36,563 nt of DNA from Candidatus Woesearchaeota archaeon. GTDB lineage: Archaea; Nanobdellota; Nanobdellia; Pacearchaeales; GW2011-AR1. The notes under the pieces were generated by a model, which was not told where the DNA came from, searched no databases, and saw only the letters and a program-made list of their open reading frames with translations. The DNA is taken from NCBI GenBank assembly GCA_964632115.1, contig CAZWEB010000001.1, forward strand, positions 1-36,563. The letters run 5' to 3'. Of this stretch, positions 8,806-15,606 are shown one piece after another. Numbering within the stretch: the first letter of the stretch is position 1; each line of letters starts with the position of its first letter. Position numbers and translations under genes: made by a program.

Positions 8806-9675
8806 TTATAACTTTGAGTATTTTGAATCATCATAATCCCCACTTCCAACCGCAATCATACCAGATCTTACTCTTTTATTCCACCTATTAACATATCCTC
8901 CTTTGCTTTCATGATAGAGAAAATCATCAATAAAGAGGATTTTTCTAGAATTATCAAAATGCCATGCAACTCTAAGTCCTTTTTCAGATCTCCCCCTTGG
9001 AGAAATTCTAAAACCGCCTTGTTTTATAGATTCTTGGGGCCTCTCCAAAGGGTTTTTTCTTATTTTTTCAATTTCAGAAAGATAATCTTCCATATGTTCC
9101 CTGACAAAACCATTTTTTTCAGATCTCTCTAATGCTTTTTTTGAGATATAAACTTGAATATGTTGTCTGGCTTCAGGCCTCTCTGGAAAGAGAACATTTA
9201 AAAACATTCCAGCAATTTCTCTTCTATCTTCACTCTCCTTAGGATTCTCTTCAATAGAAGTTAATGCAGAATTATATTGTTCTCTAGCTTCTTTTAATTG
9301 CTCGGGACTTTTTCGGACCATTTCAATTATGTCTTTGAAATCATTTAAACTAATCTGCTTTTGGTTAGTAAAATAAGAGTTAGGATCTGTCATAGTATAT
9401 TCTTTCCCTAATTTGCCAGAGATAATAGATAATTCTAAAACATCTTCTAAACTTGCCCCTTCTTCAATTAAGGACAATCTTCTGCTTTTTCTTCTCTCTT
9501 GCATTTGAGTTAAAAAGAAAAAAGCAAAGCCAGCAAATAAAATCAGGATTCCAAACAAACCAAGAAAATTTTCAAATGAAACCCCTATAACTGCTCCTGT
9601 TAAAACTCTCCCAGTAAAAAAAATAAACAATCCAATTAAAACTAATGAAATTCCAAAACCTCTTTTCCAATTCAT
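8806..9675 (-). CDS. membrane protein with two N-terminal TM helices and a RelE/ParE-like C-terminal region
   Basis: TM segments are GISLVLIGLFIFFTG and GLFGILILFAGFAFFFL. The C-terminus ...IRKNPLERPQESIKQGGFRISPRG..GLRVAWHFDNSRKILFIDDFLYH resembles the RelE/ParE toxin core pattern. Confidence 0.65.
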   Translation of the reverse strand: MNWKRGFGISLVLIGLFIFFTGRVLTGAVIGVSFENFLGLFGILILFAGFAFFFLTQMQERRKSRRLSLIEEGASLEDVLELSIISGKLGKEYTMTDPNSYFTNQKQISLNDFKDIIEMVRKSPEQLKEAREQYNSALTSIEENPKESEDRREIAGMFLNVLFPERPEARQHIQVYISKKALERSEKNGFVREHMEDYLSEIEKIRKNPLERPQESIKQGGFRISPRGRSEKGLRVAWHFDNSRKILFIDDFLYHESKGGYVNRWNKRVRSGMIAVGSGDYDDSKYSKL

Positions 9676-9729
9676 ACAATAACCATATAAAGATAGAATT
9701 TAAATATTTCTGATACCCACTATTAATGC

Positions 9730-9800
9730 GCGGCTTTGGTCTAGTGGTATGACTTCACCTTCCCAAGGTGACTGCACGGGTTCAATTCCCGTAAGCCGCA
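9730..9800 (+). tRNA. tRNA-Gly (anticodon CCC), no intron, CCA not encoded
   Basis: Hand-folded cloverleaf: acceptor GCGGCTT/AAGCCGC, anticodon stem TCACC/GGTGA, loop TTCCCAA, T arm ACGGG-TTCAATT-CCCGT, discriminator A. Confidence 0.9.
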
Positions 9801-9874
9801 TCTCATCGCATCTCCAAAGATTTTTAAATTCCCAAATCATTAGTTAAATAGAAATAAAAAAGGAGGAAATTAAA

Positions 9875-9931
9875 ATGCCATGCAGTTGTTGCTCAAAGAA
9901 AAAACCAAAAAAGAAAAAGAAGAAACTCTAG
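9875..9931 (+). CDS. possible 18-aa micro-ORF (MPCSCCSKKKPKKKKKKL)
   Basis: A strong Shine-Dalgarno AGGAGG at 9861-9866 lies 8 nt upstream of the ATG. The ORF is very short, so it is speculative. Confidence 0.3.
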   Translation: MPCSCCSKKKPKKKKKKL

Positions 9932-10125
9932 ATATCTTTAGATAAACCAATAAGATTAATATTGGCTCGTTACACTCCCTTATTGTAAAAAATTAATTGG
10001 AATAATATTTAATCAATTAGCAAATTTTTATTCTTATTTTGTTAGATTATATTGAATTATTTTCAGTTGTGAATCTGATTTAAGAACATCAATACTTTTT
10101 TAAATTCCTATTTTATTGATAATAT

Positions 10126-11532
10126 ATGCAAAAGAAAAAAGAGGCAGGAGGGTTTCCAAAAGATTCTCCGAGAATCCAGGAATTAAAAAGGAAAGCAAGG
10201 CGAGTTAGCATAGCAGAAGGAAGTTTTGCGACAGTTCAAAGTGCGCTAGGAGATTCATATGTTTCTCCTTTTGCAATTGCTGTGAATTCCTCAAATCTGC
10301 AGATAGCAATGCTTAGTTCTTTTCCAGGTTTGCTCGGCCCTATTTCCCAATGGTTTGGTTCAGTATTAATGGAAAAATACTCAAGAAAGAAAATTGTTCT
10401 TATTTCTGTTCTTATTCATGCATTGTTCTGGCTTCCAATGATTACTCTTGCAATACTTTATTGGCAAAATATCATTACCGGAGCAATTCCAATATTGTTA
10501 ATTGTGTTTTTTTCATCTTATATTATATTTGGCAATATCGCCGGCCCTGCATGGTTTTCCTGGATGGGAGATATTGTAGATGAAAAAGAAAGAGGAAGAT
10601 ATTTTGCAAAAAGAAATAGAATAGCCGGAGTGGTTTCAATAGTTTGCGTAATTGCCGCTGCTTTTTTTCTGGATTTTATAAAAGAACATAATTTTCTGCT
10701 TTTGGGATTTGTTTTATTTTTCTTTTTAGCAATGACTGCACGCCTAGTTTCAAGGCAGCTTTTTGCAAAACAATATGAACCAAAAATAAAACTAGAAAAA
10801 GGATATTATTTTTCATTCTGGCAGTTTGTTAAAAAAGCTCCTTTTAATAATTTTGGAAAATTTGCTATTTTTAGGGCATTTCTAAGTTTTGCGGTTGCAA
10901 TAGCCGGCCCTTTCTTTGCAGTTTACATGCTAAGAAATCTTAATTTTAGCTATGTGACTTTTATAATTGTAACTTTTTCAGAAACAGTCTTTGCCCTCAT
11001 ATTAATGCCTTTATGGGGAAAATTTTCAGATAAATTTGGCAATTATGAAGTTATGAAAATAACTTCTGTTCTGATACCAGCAATTCCCTTGCTTTGGCTT
11101 TTTTCCAAGTCGCCCTATTATCTTATTTTTGGCCCTTCTATGGTTGCAGGGATATCCTGGGCAGGTTTTAATCTTGCAGCAGGAAATTTTATTTATGATT
11201 CTGTAACACCACAAAGAAGAGGATTGGTTGTGTCTTATTACAATATTCTCAGTGGAATAGGTGTTTTTCTTGGAGCAATAGTCGGAGGTTTTCTTATAAA
11301 ATATTTTGAAACAGCTATTTTATTTATGAACCCTATTCTGCTCATTTTCTTAGTTTCTGGTATAATAAGAATTTTTGCAAGCCTAATTCTGCTTCCAAGA
11401 ATAAGAGAAGTCAGGAAAGTCAAGAAATTTGATGGAACAAGAGCATTTAGAAATCTTATAGTAAAATCAATAATATATCCAATTGAAGGAACACATGAAT
11501 TATTCGGGAAAAAAATATCAAAAAAGAATTAA
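10126..11532 (+). CDS. MFS-type transporter
   Basis: 468 aa with about 12 hydrophobic segments and a GDIVDEKERGRYFAKRN loop resembling MFS motif A. TTTTTAAA ends 22 nt upstream. Confidence 0.85.
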   Translation: MQKKKEAGGFPKDSPRIQELKRKARRVSIAEGSFATVQSALGDSYVSPFAIAVNSSNLQIAMLSSFPGLLGPISQWFGSVLMEKYSRKKIVLISVLIHALFWLPMITLAILYWQNIITGAIPILLIVFFSSYIIFGNIAGPAWFSWMGDIVDEKERGRYFAKRNRIAGVVSIVCVIAAAFFLDFIKEHNFLLLGFVLFFFLAMTARLVSRQLFAKQYEPKIKLEKGYYFSFWQFVKKAPFNNFGKFAIFRAFLSFAVAIAGPFFAVYMLRNLNFSYVTFIIVTFSETVFALILMPLWGKFSDKFGNYEVMKITSVLIPAIPLLWLFSKSPYYLIFGPSMVAGISWAGFNLAAGNFIYDSVTPQRRGLVVSYYNILSGIGVFLGAIVGGFLIKYFETAILFMNPILLIFLVSGIIRIFASLILLPRIREVRKVKKFDGTRAFRNLIVKSIIYPIEGTHELFGKKISKKN

Positions 11533-11556
11533 AAATTTTTGAAGCACATCAAATAA

Positions 11557-12228
11557 TCATCCGAACAATTCTTTTCTTATATCTCTAGAATATTTATGGG
11601 CTTTATGCAATGGCTCTGGAAGTTTATGCGGAAGTCTTATGAATTTTTTAGATAGTTGATAAGCTGTCTCAATGCTTATTAAATTTCCAGGACTAATATA
11701 CATGGGCCTGCTTCCAGGCTTGCTTATCAAAACCTTACCGACTTTCTTGTTGTTTTTTAAAATATCAGAACCATCTGTATCTCCTGCTTTGACATCCTCT
11801 CCTAACAAAGAGTCAGAAACTCCAATACTAGGAATACCAGTAGATAGAGAAAAATGCGAAGCCAATCCTAATCTAGGATGCGCAATTCCATGTCCAGAGA
11901 GAAATACAACCTCTGGTTTTTCTTCAAGTTTATTAATTGTTTCAACCATTGCAGGAAGTTCTCTGTAAGCCCTGAATCCAGAAATATAAGGAAATCTCAT
12001 TTTATCTGAAAAATATTCCTGTTCAAGAAATTCTGTTTCATTATCAAGCACAATCGAAACAGAGATAATATTATTCTGAGAAAAAGCATTATCAACTGCC
12101 CCAATCCGAGTTATTGCAGAAAAATCAGCAGAATCTTTAATTTTCAGAGTCTTGGCTAATTTTTCCTGTTCTTTCTCAAGTTTTACTAAATCAATATTAT
12201 ATTTCTTGGCAAGTTCTTCTGGTTTCAT
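11557..12228 (-). CDS. nfi: endonuclease V
   Basis: FPYISGFRAYRELP and LSGHGIAHPRLGLASHFSLSTGIPSIGVS match conserved endonuclease V blocks. Confidence 0.85.
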   Translation of the reverse strand: MKPEELAKKYNIDLVKLEKEQEKLAKTLKIKDSADFSAITRIGAVDNAFSQNNIISVSIVLDNETEFLEQEYFSDKMRFPYISGFRAYRELPAMVETINKLEEKPEVVFLSGHGIAHPRLGLASHFSLSTGIPSIGVSDSLLGEDVKAGDTDGSDILKNNKKVGKVLISKPGSRPMYISPGNLISIETAYQLSKKFIRLPHKLPEPLHKAHKYSRDIRKELFG

Positions 12229-12292
12229 ATTAACTCCTTTTTTTACACAAGAGCCAAGAATTGTTTATATTAAAGGTTTTCTATAGTCTCCC

Positions 12293-12346
12293 TATATTCT
12301 CAAGACTTTTGAGACTAATTAACTTATAAAATTTAGCAAAAGTCTA
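12293..12346. repeat. second copy of the GACTTTTG / CAAAAGTC palindromic element
   Basis: TATATTCTCAAGACTTTTG matches CATATTCTCAGGACTTTTG at 1814-1832. The right arm AAATTTAGCAAAAGTC is the exact reverse complement of GACTTTTGCTAAATTT at 1826-1841. Confidence 0.55.
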
Positions 12347-12406
12347 GTTATTTGAATAAGGCAATTTTCCATAAAACTTTTAAACCCCTTTTACTCAAAA
12401 TCTACT

Positions 12407-13156
12407 ATGGCATTCTGGAAAAAAACCTGCAAAAAGTGTGGAAAGAAAATAGAAAAGAAATATTCTTATTGCCCCTACTGCGGTTCTAATCTTCTTGATA
12501 TAAGAGAAGAAAGCAAAAATTATGGATTTTTAGGCAGAGATGATGATTTTGATTTTTTTAAAGAAGAAACCAAACTTCCAATGGGATTTAATTTTATTTT
12601 CAAAAATCTAATGAAGGAGATGAATAAACAAATTCAGGAGTTAGATAAACAAACCGGGCAGGAAACAAAACAAAGAGAACAAAAACCAAAAAGGCAGATA
12701 AAAGAAAATCAAAATCCATTTCTTAATCAGGGAGGAATAAGCATCAATATTTCATCAAGTTCAGATTTAGGAATTCCTGTAATAAAAATAAAAGGCCTGG
12801 GAAATATTCCTGAATTCAGAGAAATGGAAAATAATCTTATTCAAGAAAAAAAAGAAAACAAGCAGAAAAATATAATGCCCATCATAAGCGAAGAAAAAGC
12901 CAAGGAATTTGCAAAACTTCCAAGACAAGAGGCAGAAAGCAAAGTTCGCAGGCTGAGTGGCAAAGTTATTTATGAAATAGAACTTCCAGGTGTAAAAAAT
13001 CTTAAAGACATTGTTATCAATAAACTTGAAAACTCAATAGAAATAAAAGCATTTTCAAAAGATAAAGCTTATTTCAAGTTGCTTCCATTCTCGCTGCCAT
13101 TAATAAGATATCGTCTTCTAAGAGAAAAATTAATCCTAGAGCTTGGAGAAAAATAA
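12407..13156 (+). CDS. zinc-ribbon protein with a C-terminal Hsp20/alpha-crystallin-like domain
   Basis: The N-terminus has CKKCG...CPYCG. The C-terminus VRRLSGKVIYEIELPGVKNLKDIVINKLENSIEIKAF...LILEL resembles a small-HSP beta-sandwich. Confidence 0.6.
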   Translation: MAFWKKTCKKCGKKIEKKYSYCPYCGSNLLDIREESKNYGFLGRDDDFDFFKEETKLPMGFNFIFKNLMKEMNKQIQELDKQTGQETKQREQKPKRQIKENQNPFLNQGGISINISSSSDLGIPVIKIKGLGNIPEFREMENNLIQEKKENKQKNIMPIISEEKAKEFAKLPRQEAESKVRRLSGKVIYEIELPGVKNLKDIVINKLENSIEIKAFSKDKAYFKLLPFSLPLIRYRLLREKLILELGEK

Positions 13157-13172
13157 AAAATAGTCACTCAAA

Positions 13173-13442
13173 ATGTCTGACTCACTTAAACAATTAATTG
13201 AATTTGCAGAACAACATAAAGAAATTGATGCAATTTACAAAGGAACAAATCCAGATGGTTCAGGAATTGTTTATTATCTTATTGTAAAGGGACTTAAATT
13301 TAAGGACAAGATAAATACAAAAACCCTTGACTTGGAAATGAAGCTCTTTCCAAGATCAGGAACCGGAATTATGTGCCTGCCTTGCACAAAAACCCCCGAA
13401 GATTGCGATTTTCTGAAAAAATGTATTTATAAAAGAGAATAA
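13173..13442 (+). CDS. hypothetical protein
   Basis: 89-aa ORF, 16 nt after the preceding gene. No family recognised. Confidence 0.5.
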   Translation: MSDSLKQLIEFAEQHKEIDAIYKGTNPDGSGIVYYLIVKGLKFKDKINTKTLDLEMKLFPRSGTGIMCLPCTKTPEDCDFLKKCIYKRE

Positions 13443-13635
13443 AACCATTCTATTTAACTGAGTTACCTTGAAATGAAAAATGCTTAAACCAAATAACATA
13501 ACCAGCAAAAAGGATTTATTAATTAAAAATAAAGAGATTAGAGTATTGTTAGTTCAAGAATGTTTTAAATAATTTAAAAGTTTAGGGTGTTTAAAATTAC
13601 AGTATTGTTAATTCATCAAAATTAAAAAATAATTT

Positions 13636-14472
13636 TCATTTAAAAAAATAATTCATTGCATCTTCAACAGTTTCAACTTCTTGAATATTTATGCCTGCTT
13701 CTGCTGAAACATCTACTTTTTTAGGTTTTGTTTCTGATGTGCAAATTTCAGAATTTCCAAAATACTCACAATGCTCTGTGGTGTCATAAATAACATCTCT
13801 GCTCTGTAATAAAGGCACTAAAAACAAAACAGCTCCGATTTCCCTGGCTGCTTTTGCTTTTGGTAAAATTTCAGAAACAGGCCCAATACTCCCATCGTGA
13901 TTTATAGTTCCAGTAATCATTACATCTTCAGCTAATTTCTTTCCTTCTAATGCAGCAATAGTTGCAAGGGTGATAGCAGCCCCGGCACTTGGTCCACCAA
14001 TAACAGAAGCATTTGCATTAATTGCATAAACAATATCATAATCCTGCATTTTTTTGCCAGTAATATCTTCAGCAACTCTCCGAGCCACCCGGATGCTGTG
14101 CTGAGTATCTGCCCAAAATAAAAGATTGTCAATATCAGTAAGAGTTCTCCCACTCCCAGGAACTGCTTCAACTTTTAAGATAGTGTTTACCCCGTTTCCT
14201 TCAGCATCAACAGCAGGCAGATTCATAATAATCTTTGTTGAATTTTCCAAGGAGAAAAATGAATTTGCAGATACAGAAGATTCTAAGTTAATGTTAGGAT
14301 TAATATTCTCTCCTCCGGGAACATCTAATAAAAAACTAATCAAAACATTCAGAAAAAACAAAATAATCAAAATAACAACTATTGCAACTACGATAAACTT
14401 ATTATTCACTCCTGTATCTGGAAGATTAGGATAATCTCCAACTCCTTTTTTTGTTGTTTTTCTCTTCACCAT
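13636..14472 (-). CDS. membrane-anchored S16 (Lon C-terminal protease domain) serine protease without an ATPase domain
   Basis: It has an N-terminal TM helix. GGPSAGAAITLATIAAL carries the catalytic Ser context, and GPVSEILPKAKAAREIGAVLFLVP carries the Lys of the Ser-Lys dyad. Confidence 0.8.
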   Translation of the reverse strand: MVKRKTTKKGVGDYPNLPDTGVNNKFIVVAIVVILIILFFLNVLISFLLDVPGGENINPNINLESSVSANSFFSLENSTKIIMNLPAVDAEGNGVNTILKVEAVPGSGRTLTDIDNLLFWADTQHSIRVARRVAEDITGKKMQDYDIVYAINANASVIGGPSAGAAITLATIAALEGKKLAEDVMITGTINHDGSIGPVSEILPKAKAAREIGAVLFLVPLLQSRDVIYDTTEHCEYFGNSEICTSETKPKKVDVSAEAGINIQEVETVEDAMNYFFK

Positions 14473-14538
14473 TTTTTAAGTTGCTCTTTTTTAAAATAAA
14501 AATGAGGCTGCACAGATTTGAACTGTGGACCCCTGCCT

Positions 14539-14565
14539 GTCTAAATTTCAGTATTTCTCTGAAAT
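14539..14565 (-). other. tRNA-Ile intron 2 (27 nt, canonical position 37/38)
   Basis: BHB: central helix CUGA/UUAG, bulges UA|A and AC|A, inner helix UUUCAG/CUGAAA with a 7-nt loop. Confidence 0.7.
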
Positions 14566-14572
14566 TATCAGA

Positions 14573-14604
14573 ATCACCTCTCGCCTAAATGTTTAGGGCG
14601 AGAT
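14573..14604 (-). other. tRNA-Ile intron 1 (32 nt, non-canonical position 30/31)
   Basis: BHB: central helix CACU/GGUG, 3-nt bulges GC|A and AU|U, inner helix UCUCGCC/GGCGAGA. Confidence 0.65.
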
Positions 14605-14775
14605 GCAGTGCTCTGCCAGACTGAGCTACAGGCTCATTATGAATAGAGCTATAACAAATAATTGCAGCTTTATTCATGTGGCTCTAAGTAAAATTGCATT
14701 TATAAGTTTTTTGACTTGTTTCCTGGTAAGTTCTTAAAGGTTAAGATTTAAAAACCAGCCTTTTCTATAAAAATC

Positions 14776-15348
14776 ATGGCAAAAGGATTATATCATTATC
14801 TTAGGGAAGCATGGAAAAAACCAGATTTAAAAACCCTAAGAGAAAGAATGATTGGCTGGCGTGAAAGCGAAAGAATTGAAAAAGTTGAAAAACCATTAAG
14901 AATAGACAGAGCCCGTTCACTTGGATATAAAGCAAAAAAAGGTTTCATAGTCGTCAGAGTAAGAATAAAACGCGGTGGAAGAAAAAGACCTCGCCCTAAT
15001 AAAGGAAGAAGAAGCAAAAGAATGACTGTAAGAAAAATAGTAAAAATGAATTATCAATGGATTGCTGAATCCCGAGTCCAAAGAAAATTCCCAAATCTCG
15101 AAGTTTTAAACTCATATAAAATAGGAAAAGATGGAAAACATTTTTTCTTTGAAGTAATTTTAGTAGATCCAAGCAAGCCAGAAATAAAAAATGACAGAAC
15201 AATCAACTGGATTTGCAAACCAAACAACAGAACAAGAGTTTTCAGAGGGCTTACAAGCGCAGCAAAAAAATCCAGAGGACTAAGAAACAAATCAAGAAAT
15301 CTGAAAATCCGCCCAAGTCTAAGAGCCTGGGATAGACAAGGGAAATAA
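14776..15348 (+). CDS. rpl15e: 50S ribosomal protein L15e
   Basis: MAKGLYHYLREAWKKP...GYKAKKGFIVVRVRIKRGGRKRP... is the characteristic L15e sequence. TTTAAAAA ends 22 nt upstream. Confidence 0.95.
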   Translation: MAKGLYHYLREAWKKPDLKTLRERMIGWRESERIEKVEKPLRIDRARSLGYKAKKGFIVVRVRIKRGGRKRPRPNKGRRSKRMTVRKIVKMNYQWIAESRVQRKFPNLEVLNSYKIGKDGKHFFFEVILVDPSKPEIKNDRTINWICKPNNRTRVFRGLTSAAKKSRGLRNKSRNLKIRPSLRAWDRQGK

Positions 15349-15377
15349 AAAGAGAAAAATAAAATAAAAAAGTTTTC

Positions 15378-15539
15378 TTATCTTTTATAATTTCTTACAA
15401 GTTTGCCTATTCCTATTACAAGAACACCTATTGCAATAAGCCAAGGATTCCAATCTGTTAAAGATGTTAGCCATCCTGTAGCTCCAAGCAAAAGTAAAAC
15501 GCCGAGTACAGTTACAATCCAGGCAGTAAGTTTTGCCAT
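15378..15539 (-). CDS. small membrane protein (53 aa)
   Basis: My translation: MAKLTAWIVTVLGVLLLLGATGWLTSLTDWNPWLIAIGVLVIGIGKLVRNYKR, with two hydrophobic helices. GGAGG (revcomp of 15550-15554) lies upstream of the ATG. It falls below the ORF-track length cutoff. Confidence 0.5.
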   Translation of the reverse strand: MAKLTAWIVTVLGVLLLLGATGWLTSLTDWNPWLIAIGVLVIGIGKLVRNYKR

Positions 15540-15606
15540 CTTCTTTTAACCTCCTTTTTTAGAGATAATCAAAGAAAACCTTCTTTATAAAAGTTATTGA
15601 TTATGC

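Larger units (their letters stand above)
14503..14635 (-). tRNA. tRNA-Ile (anticodon GAU) interrupted by two BHB introns
   Basis: The hand fold is given in the first finding. Acceptor GAGCCTG/CAGCCTC has a C4-C69 mismatch. The D arm is GCTC-AGTCTGGCA-GAGC and the T arm CACAG-TTCAAAT-CTGTG. The anticodon arm CTGCT-CTGATAA-GGCAG is only restored after both inserts are removed. Confidence 0.75.

Noticed and set aside
14641-14775. 6-bp inverted repeat TAGAGC...GCTCTA between tRNA-Ile and rpl15e
   Set aside because: It is short with a 31-nt spacer and no second copy, so it is within chance expectation.
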